DNA of 64,000 bases from Eledone cirrhosa (GCA_964016885.1 OZ024741.1:349680001-349744000), one strand, 5' to 3'; numbered from the stretch's first letter, positions 27,480-43,389 are shown. Numbers and translations: made by a program. Notes: a model not told the origin generated them from the letters alone.

Positions 27480-28421
27480 AATTTGAGTATGCGTTGGTTA
27501 ATTACTGATACTTCAGTATGCAGGGTAGAGAACTCAAAAAAGTGCGCAGCGCAGGTGAGTATTTTATATATATATGAACATAACGAAGAAATATCCGACA
27601 TTATTTTTGTCCTGGAGAAAGTGATGACTTTAGGGAGACAAAAATACGCATGCGTGGATTTTTTTACGAGCTCGTTGGATGCGTCAGTCGTTGTTAGGTA
27701 ACCAGTGTGAGAGATTCTGTACTACATACTGGTTGCATTTTCATTTGTTCTGATGCTGCATGCAAAGATCCCGAGTTCCTGAATACCGTGATAACTGGAG
27801 ATAAATGTGGATGTGCAGGTAGCCCCTGGAAACGAAAACTTAGTTATCACAGTGGGAGTATACAACGTTACTAAGGTTCAAAAATGCTTGTCAAGTGCAG
27901 AGAGAAATGAAGGTGATGCTGGTTGTTTTCTTCGGTTAACGTTGTTACGAATACGCAACAGAAGAACAAACAGTGAGAAAGGGGTGCTATCAGGAAGTCG
28001 TCAATCGTCGTCGTGATGCAGATTGCCACATGAGACCAGATCAGAGGGTCTCAAAAAAACTAGCAGCTGAATCATGGCAACGTTCCAGTTCATTCAACGC
28101 AGCTGAACCGAGGTTTCTTGGTAAAGAAAGACATTTTGCTCATTCGCCAGGCTTCCTACTCTCCAGACATCAATCCTTCTGACTTCTGATTGTTTCCAAA
28201 CATCAATATCCTACTGAAAGGCTCCCACTTTAAGAGGTGATATTACAGCATATGGACTGCGACGGCGAAGCCGAGAGAGCCGTTACGAAAGAAGTATTCC
28301 TGATGTGCTTCAAACAGAGGAAGAATCATTACGTTATGTGTGTTGAGGCACAAATGAACTACGTCGAATAGGATTAATAATTTTTTCCTTGCCAATGGTC
28401 CGAAACTTTTCAAGACATCGT
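27480..28421 (+). mobile_element. Highly degenerate mariner
   Basis: Remnants of ITGD-x-W (~27790) and YSPDINPSDF-LF (~28157); left boundary uncertain. Confidence 0.65.
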
Positions 28422-28491
28422 ATATATGTGTGTTTGTCCTTTTCAGTGTACACACACACAGAGATATATACACACACGCACACGCACACGC

Positions 28492-28785
<294 letters not shown>

Positions 28786-28790
28786 CATAC

Positions 28791-28821
<31 letters not shown>

Positions 28822-29279
28822 AACATATATACATACACACGCACACACATATACATACATATAAACATACATATATATATATAAACATATATACACACAC
28901 ACGCATACACATATACATACATATAAACTTACATACAAAAGTGTCTATTAATGTGAGCATATATGCGTTTGTTGTTTTGCACAATTTGTTTGCGCTTGTG
29001 TATGTTAATCAACTTAAATGGATTTGAACACCTTTATACTTAAACATTTACAAATACACATATATACGTAAAACATTGGATCATGATTTGTTACTAATTC
29101 AGTCAGTAGTATCTGGAGATGGTGAGAAGTTAAGGTTTTTTTCCCTCTCTCTTGTGGTCATATTTCGCTTTATTTATAGGTTTATTTTAAATATTGTTTG
29201 TATATATATGATGGCTGCAAATTCTGCTAAGAGTATTGCAATCGCTTGTCAGATTATACCTGCACACACGTGCATACAT

Positions 29280-29378
29280 ATCTACCAAGTTCATGTTGTT
29301 TAAATTCCAATGAGAAAGTCTTGTATCTATGTTAGAAACCGACTCTCTCTCTCTTTGTGAAATTATAAAACCAGAAGA
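29280..29378 (+). mobile_element. 3' UTR tip of the R4/Dong-like family
   Basis: Matches 47376-47480 and is followed by (CATA)n. Confidence 0.7.
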
Positions 29379-29831
29379 ACATACATACATACATACATAT
29401 GTACGTAGATACATTTTATATATATATATCGCTAAAGTGGCGGAAGAGAGGACCATTCCTCCGTTCTTTAGCTACATCCTTTGTACGCCAATTAGACTGA
29501 CTTTAGCGCGTGTCATGGCGACCACAACAGGCAAAATCACTGACTCCAAGAGAAGACGAGAAGATTCTTCTACGAACGGCGGATGTGCTTGTAAAAATAT
29601 ATCCACCCACCTAAAGTTTATAAATTATGAATACAGCTCTAAGCTCTCAAATTCATTCAGATTTAGCATTACAAATATGTGTTTACAGCTTTTTGACACA
29701 CACTGAACTCTCAAGTTCACGTTCACATATATATTCATACATGCACACACACACATACACATAGAGACACACAGACACATAAAGGATGAGAATTATACAT
29801 ACCCTTATGTATATATATATACATATATACA

Positions 29832-30807
<976 letters not shown>

Positions 30808-30872
30808 TACATTGACACGATTGGAAAAGGGGATAATACTCAAGACGTAAAAGAAGTCGTAAGAAAAGTTTT

Positions 30873-31043
30873 TCATTCATTCTCTACATTAAGGGTCTGG
30901 AGATCTTTGAAAGTGGCACATGGAACATGAGAGACAAGTGTGTAGAGTTTGTGTGGAGAATCTTCATGTTCATTTCGTAGGCGAGAAAGCTTAACACGGA
31001 CGCGGAAAGGTACATGTCGGATGCCTTTAGACCAAATGTGTTT
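30873..31043 (-). pseudogene. RPL31: 60S ribosomal protein L31, C-terminal fragment (likely processed pseudogene)
   Basis: [56 protein letters not shown]; similarity stops upstream and no N-terminal exon is seen in the window. Confidence 0.8.
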
Positions 31044-32339
31044 CACGATTTGCATCAAGGCATGAAACCGATACTAGTGTCTTATTCTTTGTGTGAAGTA
31101 TCTCTGCTATTCCGTCAACCCACCGCCAGTGCGACCTGATCACTTGGTGATATAGACCTGCAGAGCTAGTTGGCTAATTGGCATTCTTATAAGTTAATCA
31201 AACCATTTATGCGTCAGTGGGCTTTGAAACGAGAGATTGGTATGGTGTCATCTAATCTACCTAATATAATCGTTTCTGATCTTGTTATTTCTTGTTTGAT
31301 CAACTGCAGGGCTTTGTTCAGTGTCCAAGTCTGGTACTGGTAGCTGAGAATGAGGCTGAAAACTGAGTTAATCACTCTAGCTCTGGTTTCCATAGGTATA
31401 TGTTATGGTTCATCGGGAGGTCTACTACTAGATAGTTGACTGAGTTTCCTTGTTGATGTCGCCTACTTGATATGTTTAATTTACATTCCTTGTATTGTGT
31501 CCTGTATGAATCCAAAGACCCAGTCTTCGGCAACAAAAGTATTCAATTTTCCAATCGTTAGAGTAAATACATCTCACGCTTTCTTTATATACTTTAGGAC
31601 TTGGCACAAACTAAAAGCAAAACGTAGTTTACAATATTACTTTGCATTAAAGGTTTTGTTTTGTTTAACATTCAGACATGTGTATATAGATGATAGAGAT
31701 GATAGCATATGGTATCTTCGGATCCTTATTGTAGAGATTCAAGAAAAACATGACTACTTTCGTTATATGTTCACCAGAACAGAGTCCATATGAACGAGGA
31801 GAAAAGGCTCAACCAGTCAAGAAAAATGGATAAATCCCCCGCATATAGTATCATAAAATAGAAGAGCATATTCGCACATATAGTCTTGAATAGACAATGC
31901 CAGAAAAAACGCCGGTTTATCACCAATGGAATACATTTTATCATGGATCATTGCAATCAGGACTGAGCTGACCCCAAACAACAGTAACAACGACAACAGC
32001 ACTGACAGTAGCAACAAGTATTGGAGCTAACGTGGAAGCCTCTATTTAATCATTCTACCAGCAAGAAATTTCTTTAAAATTATATTCTCCTATAATAGAA
32101 GAAAAAAGGGAAGGACACATTAGAATCTAATGTGTCCTTTATCTAATTTAGATAGTGTAGTCGTAGATGTCACTAAACAAGGGATATTCAAAGCTGGAAT
32201 GCATTTAATCATACATCTGATTAATCAAGTATGACCTGGGACCAAAGTACAACAATAACATCTGCCAACATTATAACCAACCGATACTATAACAACCAAC
32301 ACCAACAACAACCAAAATTATCGCCACCTCTTCTTTCTT

Positions 32340-32600
32340 CTTGTGACGCTAAACTCCGCCAGTTGCAGACTGTCCATCAACAAGAGATATCTCTCTCCAC
32401 AAAGTTCGATCACGAGCAACAGAGTTTAAAGAGCAAAGATCAAGTTCAGTCCATAAGTTGACATTATCAAGCCATCGTTTTGGCTGCCGGCCTCTGCTTC
32501 TCCTACCAGCCAACCTTCTTTCCAGGCATAACCTACTCACACCACGAGTTGATCTTTTTATATGACCATATAGTTGAGTACTCTTGACTTGGCAATTGGT
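32340..32600 (-). mobile_element. RTE-clade LINE 3' fragment
   Basis: GRRSRGRQPKRWLDNV...VARDRTLWR. Confidence 0.7.
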
Positions 32601-33348
32601 CTAAGTTTGGTAATGTTCAGCAGCTCACTGATACAGATACGGTCGCTGAGCCGCTTGCCATTCATAAGTCTCATGATGTAGAGAGCTTCTGAGTTGATAA
32701 TTTTATATCACCGTATAGTTTGAGTACTCTTGACTTGATATTTTCATCAAGTTAAACAACAGCTGAGACTGAATTGGTTTAAGCAGTGAATCAAATATTT
32801 TCATAGTATTTTATTTTTTACTTGTAGCATAGAACTAGAGAAAAGTAAACGTTAGGTTTATAAGAATTTGAGAAATTAAAAGTACAAGTGTAAACGACAC
32901 ATTATCTGGATTATTTCAGTAACACCATACACACCATTTAATCTATCTAATGGCTTATCTTAAGCCAGTTTTGTTACCATAGAGACGACCGGTCACTCGG
33001 TAGGTGAGTGAGTAACATAGGATACTCATTCCCTTTGTTTAACTGAGCATTCAATTGAAACATCAGAACGAATGCATCCGTGAGATTGCACTTGTGTGCT
33101 AAGTAAACTTATGAGGATACATACACAGATGCACACACGCACACATACACATACATATATACATAAATACATACAAATATATATATATATATATGTGTGT
33201 GTGTGTAAGTAAGTATCTATACATACATATATATATATATATATACACGTACACACAGACACACACACACACATATATATATATATAAATACATACAAAT
33301 ATATATGTATATATATGTGTTTGTTGATGTGTGTGTATATATATATAT

Positions 33349-33392
<44 letters not shown>

Positions 33393-33405
33393 AGAGAAAG
33401 AGATA

Positions 33406-33482
<77 letters not shown>

Positions 33483-33495
33483 GGAGAGAGAGAGG

Positions 33496-33572
<77 letters not shown>

Positions 33573-33579
33573 CCTGGGG

Positions 33580-33758
33580 TACCGGGACAGGGAAGACCAC
33601 AAATCAAAGATGTACTTGATACATGGTAAGATGGAGAGTGGGTATATTAGAGAAAGTAGAGGATCTGCCGCGAGCTCAGAGGTTTCGGTTAGCTTCCTCT
33701 TCCGGTAAGTAACCAAAACCGCCAAGCTTGCGGTAGATTCGCTACTTTCACTAATATA
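33580..33758 (-). mobile_element. Diverged fold-back PLE-type 3' end
   Basis: Imperfect hairpin ~33643-33758; tail resembles 9190-9260 (ACTTTCTC..TACCCACTCT..AGTAC..TGGTC). Confidence 0.5.
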
Positions 33759-33771
33759 TATATATATGTGT

Positions 33772-33811
<40 letters not shown>

Positions 33812-33839
33812 CTGTGTTGTGTGCATGTACACATTTATG

Positions 33840-33939
<100 letters not shown>

Positions 33940-34106
33940 TATATATATATTTATATATATATACCAATTTATCTTACTGGTAATAAGGTAGTAATAAATT
34001 ACTGACCTTCACGGTTTAGGGTTTAAAATATACATAACTATAAAAAGTGTTAGTATATACATAACCATAAATAGTATCCTTAATATTATATATATATATA
34101 TATATA

Positions 34107-34413
34107 TTAATTCAAAATATTAACAAAAATAGACATTCGTGTGATCAAGTATATTTTATTATACATATTTCAGAGGTACTGAGCTATCTTCAACAGTACG
34201 TCCTCATCAGATAAAATAAGATGATGCATGACATACCCTGATAGCTCAGTACCTCTGAAATATGTATAATAAAATATACTTGATCAAACGAATGTCTATT
34301 TTTGTTAAAATTTTGAATTAATATTTATAACTCCGGAAAACCATTCCTGTGGAGTGCTTCTAATCTATTGTAAAATTTTATTCTTTGATTTATTCATTGA
34401 ATATAACCTTTAA
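34107..34413. mobile_element. Fold-back HHR element
   Basis: Arms ~34107-34188 / 34240-34322; complete HHR on minus strand 34152-34218: UAUUUUAU-CUGAUGA-GGAcGUACUG..CAGUACcUCU-GAAA-UAuGUA-UA-AUAAAAUA. Confidence 0.8.
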
Positions 34414-34531
34414 ATATATATATATATATATAGTAATATTACTAAATGTGAAGACTAAAATCCGAAAAGGGATCGATAAGGATAATATATATATATATAT
34501 ATATAAACCGTAGAGAAAAATATTTATTAAA

Positions 34532-34629
34532 ATAACAGATTAAAGTTTAAGCAAAGAATCGCTGCTTTCACCCGTCAGAAGATCCCGTTAAGGGTGAAAA
34601 CAGCGATTCTTTGCCTAAACTTTAATCTG

Positions 34630-34633
<4 letters not shown>
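34532..34633. repeat. Short fold-back (~42-bp arms) in (TA)n
   Basis: ATAACAGATTAAAGTTTAAGCAAAGAATCGCTGCTTTCACCC versus GGGTGAAAACAGCGATTCTTTGCCTAAACTTTAATCTGTTAT; related fragment at 24131-24185. Confidence 0.7.
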
Positions 34634-34687
<54 letters not shown>

Positions 34688-34828
34688 ACTATAAATTGAT
34701 TAACATATAAATCAACATATGAAACAATCACAGGGGATAATGTTTACAAGTGTGTAAGCATACATGGCTAGGTAGGTAACTAAATAAAGTTAACTAGAAC
34801 TTCAAAAATAGATAACCCCATTCGTGGG

Positions 34829-34903
<75 letters not shown>

Positions 34904-35056
34904 CAGTATATAGAAAACACAAAAAGAGGTATATTTTCAATTACAAGGGGTAGAGGACCGCTAGAGTGAAGAATATAAAGTCTACAAAAAGTGTGGAAAA
35001 TATATAATAATTAAAAGGTAAATTAAAATGTACAAACCCACCTTCATAATTATAAA

Positions 35057-35139
35057 ACACCTCGACAATCTCAAAGAAGAGAATGTTTCACCATAAACAG
35101 TCTTCGTAACATACCTTCTCGGGGTTCGTCAACTAGTGT
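35057..35139 (-). ncRNA. Decayed hammerhead in a relative of the 8445-9139 element
   Basis: Minus strand: UUGACGA-ACC...GGU-GAAA-CAuUCUC..GAGAuUG-UC; context AAATTAAAATG..CACC similar to 8668-8715. Confidence 0.55.
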
Positions 35140-35590
35140 AAAAAAAAAATACAGTCAACACTTCTATAGAGACTTTAGACAACTGAAATAGTGCACATGG
35201 TGTGAGAAACGAAAACATGAGCACCAGGCTGTACATAGTGGCTTGAATGGACCACGAAACCGATATAAATGGTAGCCTGTAACCATTCAACTTAGAAAGC
35301 TCAACTAACGAAGAAATTAGGAGCCGATATATATTATATTGCACGTGTGTATGTGTAATACAAAAGGGGATATGTTCAATATTACAGAAATTGTTAAAAT
35401 TAAATATTATCCAACTTGTTCTAACAAGTGTGTAGATTTATTATCTACAAAATACATCAATGATAGAGAAGGGATTAAAGGACACATCTGTTTCACTTAT
35501 TTAATTTATGTTTCTTCTTAATTCATTTATGAGTAGAACCAATCACATGGCTAATGGCTATTTACTATATGAATATATATATATATATAT

Positions 35591-35661
35591 ATCATTCTTG
35601 CTCTTGTGTTGGCATATAGACAGGACGTTCTGTTTATATTCCAATACAAGAGCAAGAATGA
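35591..35661. repeat. Fold-back hairpin (~33-bp arms) heading a ~200-bp insert in (TA)n
   Basis: ATCATTCTTGCTCTTGTGTTGGCATATAGACAG / CTGTTTATATTCCAATACAAGAGCAAGAATGAT. Confidence 0.7.
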
Positions 35662-35794
35662 TGAGGTCGTTCTGCTCACATGACTTAGGAGGGTGTTTGC
35701 ATAATCGCAAGCGAATCGAATATTATTGTTGATTTTCGAAAAACTCACATATACATATGTTGCATTCGGCCATGGAGAGCGATAAAACTATTTG

Positions 35795-35849
<55 letters not shown>

Positions 35850-35851
<2 letters not shown>

Positions 35852-36314
35852 TTGTTATACTTGGTGAGGGTCATATTTGCGTAATATTGCCAGAATTAAT
35901 AAGAGAACACACTCACTGTTTGGTTGGTTTTCGCTTCTCGCTGTCTTTTATATCTGCGATCTAACTTATTCGGTCCTCAATGTTGCCATTGACTGACCGA
36001 CGGTCAAAAATAATACAGATACAATATAGACACAAACACATATATATAGTTTACATAATTTACATAAATCTTTCGTTGCACATCTGCAACATCGTCAGTG
36101 GTGTTATATTTTTTTCCTTCTGTTGTGTTGTATGTCTACGCCATTTTTTATTCAGTCTGTCTATATATTTATTTATTTATTTGCTTGTTTGTTTATTTTA
36201 TTTTGTCTTCTTTGCGCATGCGTTTGCGTGTGTGTATAGTGTTATGTGTGCTGTGTGACTAGTATGTATAGTGTTGTGTCTGCTGGGTGACTAGTGTGTG
36301 TTTATGTGCTTGTG

Positions 36315-36320
<6 letters not shown>
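35850..36320 (-). mobile_element. 3' UTR copy of the PLE at 18340-22330
   Basis: Reverse complement of ~21880-22330 including the HHR core. Confidence 0.88.
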
Positions 36321-36344
<24 letters not shown>

Positions 36345-36345
<1 letters not shown>

Positions 36346-36742
36346 TTAAAGGTTAAACAAGGTTCAATGAATAAATCAAAAAATGAGTTTTACAATAGAT
36401 TGGAAGCACTCAACAGCATTTGGTTTTCCGGAGTTATTAATATTAATTCAAAATATTAACAAAATAGATATTCTTGTGATCAAGTATATTTTATTATACA
36501 TATTTCAGAGGTACTGAGTTAACTTCAACAGTACGTCCTCATCAGATAAAATAAGATGATGCATGACATACCCTGACATAGAATGAATTTTAACCATCTA
36601 CTATGTCAGGGTATGTCATGCATCATCTTATTTTAACTGATGAGGACGTACTGTTGAAGTTAACTCAGTACCTCTGAAATATGTATAATAAAATATACTT
36701 GATCACAAGAATATCTATTTTGTTAATATTTTGAATTAATAT
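36345..36742. mobile_element. Fold-back HHR element, same family as 34107-34413, two complete HHRs on opposite strands
   Basis: Arms ~36439-36581 / 36601-36742; HHRs at 36487-36553 (-) and 36629-36695 (+). Confidence 0.82.
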
Positions 36743-36867
36743 ATATATATATATATATACACGCACTTCTTGGCGCCGTAGTCGGGATTTTGCATATCTC
36801 CACACACACACACACACACACACATACATACATACATACACAGATACACACACACACAAACATATAA

Positions 36868-36933
<66 letters not shown>

Positions 36934-37673
36934 ATACAGATGTATATATAAATCTATCCAGTTCTATTTATCCATCTATTTATCATTCGGTCACTCTCTT
37001 TCTCTTTTTATATATGTGTATATAAATACATACATACAAACATCAATAAAAGCAAAAGTGACAAACAGTCAAATAAGATGGCGGCTTCGTTTGACAGTCT
37101 AGTTCAAGGCTGCTTTGAGAAGCTGAGTCAGAGACATCTCTACGTAAATTAGAGGTGTTTAACGGACATTATTTTTAGCAAAGTCTGAACAACTGAGCGA
37201 TTTCATTTTGCCACACTTGACTGAAGAGTTTCGTTCCGCCTCTCACCGGAAACGAAAGCAAATTTCATATTTTTGTGATGCTCTTGACTTTTATTTTCTC
37301 ATGACCTCAATCCACCAAATGCAAATACATAATTAATTACAAACCCTTACTAGTACTGCATTTATGTATGTATGAATGAATGAATTTATTGATATGTATG
37401 TGTATATACATACACACACACACACATATATTTATATATATGCATACATATGTATATACATGTGCATATATATGCATATACATGCATATATATATATGTA
37501 TATATATATATATGCATATATACATATATATATATGTATACATATTTATATATATATACATATATATGTATATATACATATATACATACATATATATATA
37601 TATATATATACATATATGTATACATATTTATATATACATGCGTGTGCGTGTGTATGTTTGCACGTGTGTGTGT

Positions 37674-37732
<59 letters not shown>

Positions 37733-37884
37733 CGTTTGTTTGGAGCCCATCTACCATCTACTAACATCACTGCCGTCACCTCAAACTTTACTGCTGATGC
37801 AACTACCCAACTACCATCTCAACCTTCGTCACTAACATTTCCACTACTGCCACCAACGTCATACTCGAACACAGTAACAAAAAT

Positions 37885-38655
<771 letters not shown>

Positions 38656-38790
38656 AAGGCACAAGTCCAATCATTTGGGAGGAGGGGAAGTCGATTAAAT
38701 TGACCCCATTGCGTTACTGGTACTTTATCAATGCTGTTAGTATGAAAGGCAAAGTTAACCTCAGCGGGATTTGAACTCAGGACGTAAGCG
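38656..38790 (-). mobile_element. tRNA-derived SINE
   Basis: Family body on the minus strand; the triplet array lies at its tail. Confidence 0.75.
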
Positions 38791-38877
38791 GCTCTAACTC
38801 GGCTCGAAGCATGTTGTCTGGCGAATAATATTACTCCAATGAAGCACATTTGGGACTTGAGTAATAATATAGATATA

Positions 38878-39209
38878 CAGTGTACCGCCGGCATTCGCGG
38901 TCCCGGTGTTCGCGGTCCCGGCTATCCGCGAAATCTTCCTTAGAACCTAACTAATAATTGTTCGTAGAAAGCATCGCATATTCGCGGAATCGTAAATATC
39001 TTCCGTGATTTTTTTCGTGGCAATATATATCATTTCACGCTTTTTAACGCTAAATTATTAATAACAATATACCGTATTTGCCGGCCTGTGTTTTACGTTA
39101 TGTTTTGACGTTTATAAGCATTTTTATGACCCAGGTCCAATATTCGCGGTTTTTCACTCTTCGCAGCTACTCTAAGAATGTAATCCCCGCGAATACCGGG
39201 GTACAAATG
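38878..39209. mobile_element. Tigger/pogo-like MITE
   Basis: TA-CAGTGTACCGCCGGCATTCGCGG ... CCGCGAATACCGGGGTACAAATG-TA. Confidence 0.7.
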
Positions 39210-39699
39210 TATATATAAACTGGATCATTCTACACAGTATATAATCCCATACATAAATGGTTACTGAATATTCTGCGTTAATCAGATAAATATACAGCAT
39301 AATTACTAAAAACATATCCTTGCTCATCAGAAGAAAGGAGATTGTGTCTTGTTGCAGGTTATATAGAATTTCTTAAAGTTGCTCCGAACCCAAACATAGT
39401 ACACGCCAGATGGCGCAGCGGCAGCGGAAATATCAATAGAAACATAACAATGACAAAAACTAAATGAATTAAACAACAGTTTAAACTACAGAAACATCGG
39501 CAATTTAGGAACATCTGATATAAAGTGCAAACACAGCCACGAAATATAATGAAAGCCCATTTAGCGACACCAGATATAAAATAATTTATTAAGTTGACAA
39601 CATAACAATCGACGAGGTTGGATTACAAAGGCAAATTATATAAAGAAAGAAATATGATCAATCATATGCAGTTTGAACTTTTGAAGCGCTGAGCGATTA

Positions 39700-41622
39700 T
39701 GAGGTTCAAAGAAAATGTAGGAAACTCAGACGCAGAAAATAGTTTTAGTTACTGTTAGAAGATCGAGTAAAGACGGAAAAAAGTGAACGGCGGTTGCTAC
39801 GAGGAATCGAGCCCCATATTTTTCTAACCATTGAACTAAATGGCCAGTAGATATTATCGAACGCCTGACCAAGACTTGGTACACCACTTTTCTCCTTGGG
39901 TGTGATAAGGAACAAATTGAATCTGATAGCATTCACTATAAAAAAAAAGTATCTTTCAGAGCGATAGTTTATCAGTGCTACTCTTGGTCCATTAAATCCA
40001 CTATCATACCTGCTCACAAAACATAGTGGCCATAGAAATTGATCTAGAAGTATCTCTCATCTTTTCTTTGTCGATAATCTGAAATTGTATCGGCCAAATG
40101 CCAACCAGATTGAACAAAATATTGGACCTTATTACCCAATATTTTACAGACATTGAAATGAAATTTGGTGAATCCAAACGGACATCTTTGACAATAAAAC
40201 GTGGAAAATCTGTACTCGCATCTGAAAACCTAAAAATGAGCGGCTTCCAATACAACCTCTACAGTTGGAAAGGATGAGAATGTCAGATATGAGGGACCCA
40301 TAAATAAAGAGAGGACCAGGAATGAATACCCCAGTAGAATAAAGAACTCTCGGCGTACAATAATAATAATTGTTTCTACTTTTGGCACAAGGCCAGCAAT
40401 TATCCCAGTGGATTACTGGTGCTTTATTTTATCGACCTCGTAAGGATGAAAGACAAAGTTAACCTCAGCGGGATTTGAACTCAGAACGCAAAGGGCCATA
40501 ACTCTATGCTGCAAAGCATAGCGTCCGACCTTCTACTGATACTGCCATTGTTATAATAGCCATTAATCTAGAAGAGAGACAAGAAATAAAGCCTGATACA
40601 AATCTTTCTCCGAAGAACATCGTAAGACTCTACTCAATACTCGCACAAGATTAAAAATGGATCAATTCACTGAGATGGTTGTAAGTGGGTACTTAAGACG
40701 AAAAACACGGGCCATAAAGGGTATAACCATACTAAAAGCCTCACACAGAGTTCCGACGAGTTCATAACATTCCACTTTGAAGGATATCTCCATGCAATCC
40801 ATAAACAAGAAATCCCCACCAAGTACCTACTGCACAAAAGAGAAAGGTCATCAGTTAACAATAGATGTAGGCTGTGCAAAACACAGATTGAAGATGTTAA
40901 CCACATTATTGCCAATTAAGGAAAAATATAATCTCGTTACTAACTCCCTCTGGGACTTGATGTGATAGATAGAGCGATCTGGAATGGATTGGCATTATCG
41001 GTAGAGGGTTGGATACCATGCTTTGGTGCATAGAGTTACAGCCCTTGCCATTCTGAGTTCAATCCTGCCGAGGTTAACTTTGCCTTTTATTCTTAGGGGA
41101 TCGATAAAATAAAGTACCAGTAATTGCTGGCCTTGTGCCAAAGGTAGAAACAATTATTAAAGATGAAAATCAAATCAAATAGGGAGGATTGTGTTGAGAC
41201 TGATGGCTCAAAGGAATAATGGTGGAACCTAAAAATATAAACTGACACCAAATTAAAGCAAAACCGGGTTAATATTGTTGTTTGGGTCCACACATTAAAA
41301 ACATGCTCTATTGTAGAAGTCAGCTGCCTACTTGATGTTAATGTGGTAAGAAAATGCAATGAGATGTTTACAGATCCAATATCCAATACACGCGTTCAGC
41401 TTCATATACGTCATTATTGGATTTGTAGAGAAAGAACATGGCTCCTTATAAATAAACTATAAATAGCCGCGATATCTGGAACCTTCAAAATTTGTATAGC
41501 ACTCTTATAATTCAAAGAATAAACGCTTACACCAGAGACAACGACACAGTCCTGTCTTGATAATTTCGCCACCAAGAAGGTGGCCGGTCAAAAGTGAAGT
41601 CAAAATTAAGAGAAAGAGAGAA
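39700..41622 (+). mobile_element. Old, fragmented R4/Dong-like element interrupted by two SINEs (40368-40548 minus, 40985-41157 plus)
   Basis: MKFGESK..LTIKRGK, SHFEGYLHAI, WWNLKI and VEVSC remnants; 3' end matches 42493-42582; left boundary uncertain. Confidence 0.65.
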
Positions 41623-41635
41623 CGTACATACATAC

Positions 41636-42168
41636 ATGGTGGCTGCCAACTCGTTTTCGAGTACGGCCACTACTTTATATCCATGTAGGAGAACCCCTTC
41701 CAGTGCGCTGAACAAGTGTAACTTTTTAGTCCAGCCAGCGACTTGAAAACTCTGGTACAAACACTACACTTGTGACAATTATTGACACATAGTGCTGAGC
41801 CCATGGTACCATGTGACGACAAGTGCAGAGAGATCTCCAGATATAAAGCAATGCCTGTGCCGTGAAGCTTTTATAGTGAGCAAAGGCACTGCACAAAGCC
41901 AGTCCCACTCTCTTAACCAAGATGATATTTACCAAAAAGAAGAACAAGTCAACATCATTGGATACCATCAGGGTTGCAGGTGTTATATCAGAGTTTTCCT
42001 TCTCGTAGAATTCTGCCTTGACAAAGGCTAGGGGGTCATCTCTCCCGGTGATTTTCGATGGCCATTGACTCTTAAGAGCTCCTTTGCCCTTTGGCAGGTT
42101 TTGTTTTTAGTCCTGCAGGATGTCCAAAGTCACCCTCCTCACCAAGAAACCTTGGTGAGGAGGGTGAC

Positions 42169-42170
<2 letters not shown>
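41636..42170 (-). mobile_element. Non-autonomous RTE-derived element, copy 1, with 5' hairpin
   Basis: Near-identical to 47495-48020; (ATGT)n tail; 20-bp fold-back at 42127-42170. Confidence 0.75.
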
Positions 42171-42199
<29 letters not shown>

Positions 42200-42201
42200 C
42201 A

Positions 42202-42233
<32 letters not shown>

Positions 42234-42235
<2 letters not shown>

Positions 42236-43389
42236 AACGTTGTCAGAAAAATACAGGAGAAGGAGGACATCTACGGACCATTGATGAGGAGTTTTCAAAT
42301 CCAGTATCCAAGATACACCTTTAGCTTCATACCCATCATTATTGGAGCTACGGGTTATATACCAACCCGTTTGGACCAAAGTATGACTGAACTTGGATTT
42401 GCGGACAAAAAGCGCAGCTCCCTAATTCATAGTCTACAAATCGCTGCGATAGCTGGCACCTTCAAAATTTGCAAAACATTCTTGCGATTCAAGGGATGAC
42501 AATTTCTTTTCTTTTACAACCTTGCTACCAGGAAGGTGGCCGGTCAAAAAAAATATACTCGAAATTAAGAGAAAGAGATAACATACACATACATACACAC
42601 ATACATACATACATACATACACACACACACATACATACATCATATGAGACCCGGATAGTAACACTGAAGCAACACCTGCAACAGAGGAAAAAGGTTGGCA
42701 ACCATCTTGCCCAGGTTTATGAGCATGAAAACAAATATATCATTAGAATAGCGACTGATCTGGAGGAGAGATATGGAATAAAGCCTGATATAAGTCTCTC
42801 ACCCAGAGAAATCGGAAGATCCTATTCAATTTTCAAACAAGATGAAAAAATTGACCAATTTACAGAAAAAGTTGTGCATGGATACTTGAGACGTAAAACA
42901 CAGACCATAGAGGGGATAAACCACTCAAAAAGCCTGGCATGGAGTTCCGACAGGTTTATGACATCACACCTTGAGGGTTATCTCTATGCAATACAGGAAC
43001 AAGAACTCCCTACCAAATATCTGCTGCACAAAAGGGGAGGGACATCAGCTGACAATAAATGTAGGCTATGTAAAACAAAGATCGAGGATGTAAGCCACAT
43101 TGTTGCCAGCTGCGAAAGAATGTCATCTCGCTACTACCTCCCCATGAGACACGATGGGATAGCTAGAACCATCTGGAACGCACTTCAGAAAACAAAATTA
43201 ACAACAAACGAGGAAGAATATATTGAGACAGATGGCACTCAGGAATACTGGTGGAACCTGAAAATAAAAACTGCCACCAAATTAAAGCACAACCGACCTG
43301 ATATTGTTGTTTGGGACCACACATTGAAAACGTGTTCTGTTGAGAAGATCAGCTGCCCACTTGATGTAAACGTTGTCAGAAAAATACAG
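42234..43389 (+). mobile_element. R4/Dong-like 3' region in permuted order
   Basis: 42643-43389 encodes CRLC..EDVSHIVASC, RHD, HNRPDI, ISCP; its C-terminal continuation lies upstream at 42234-42582. Confidence 0.8.
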
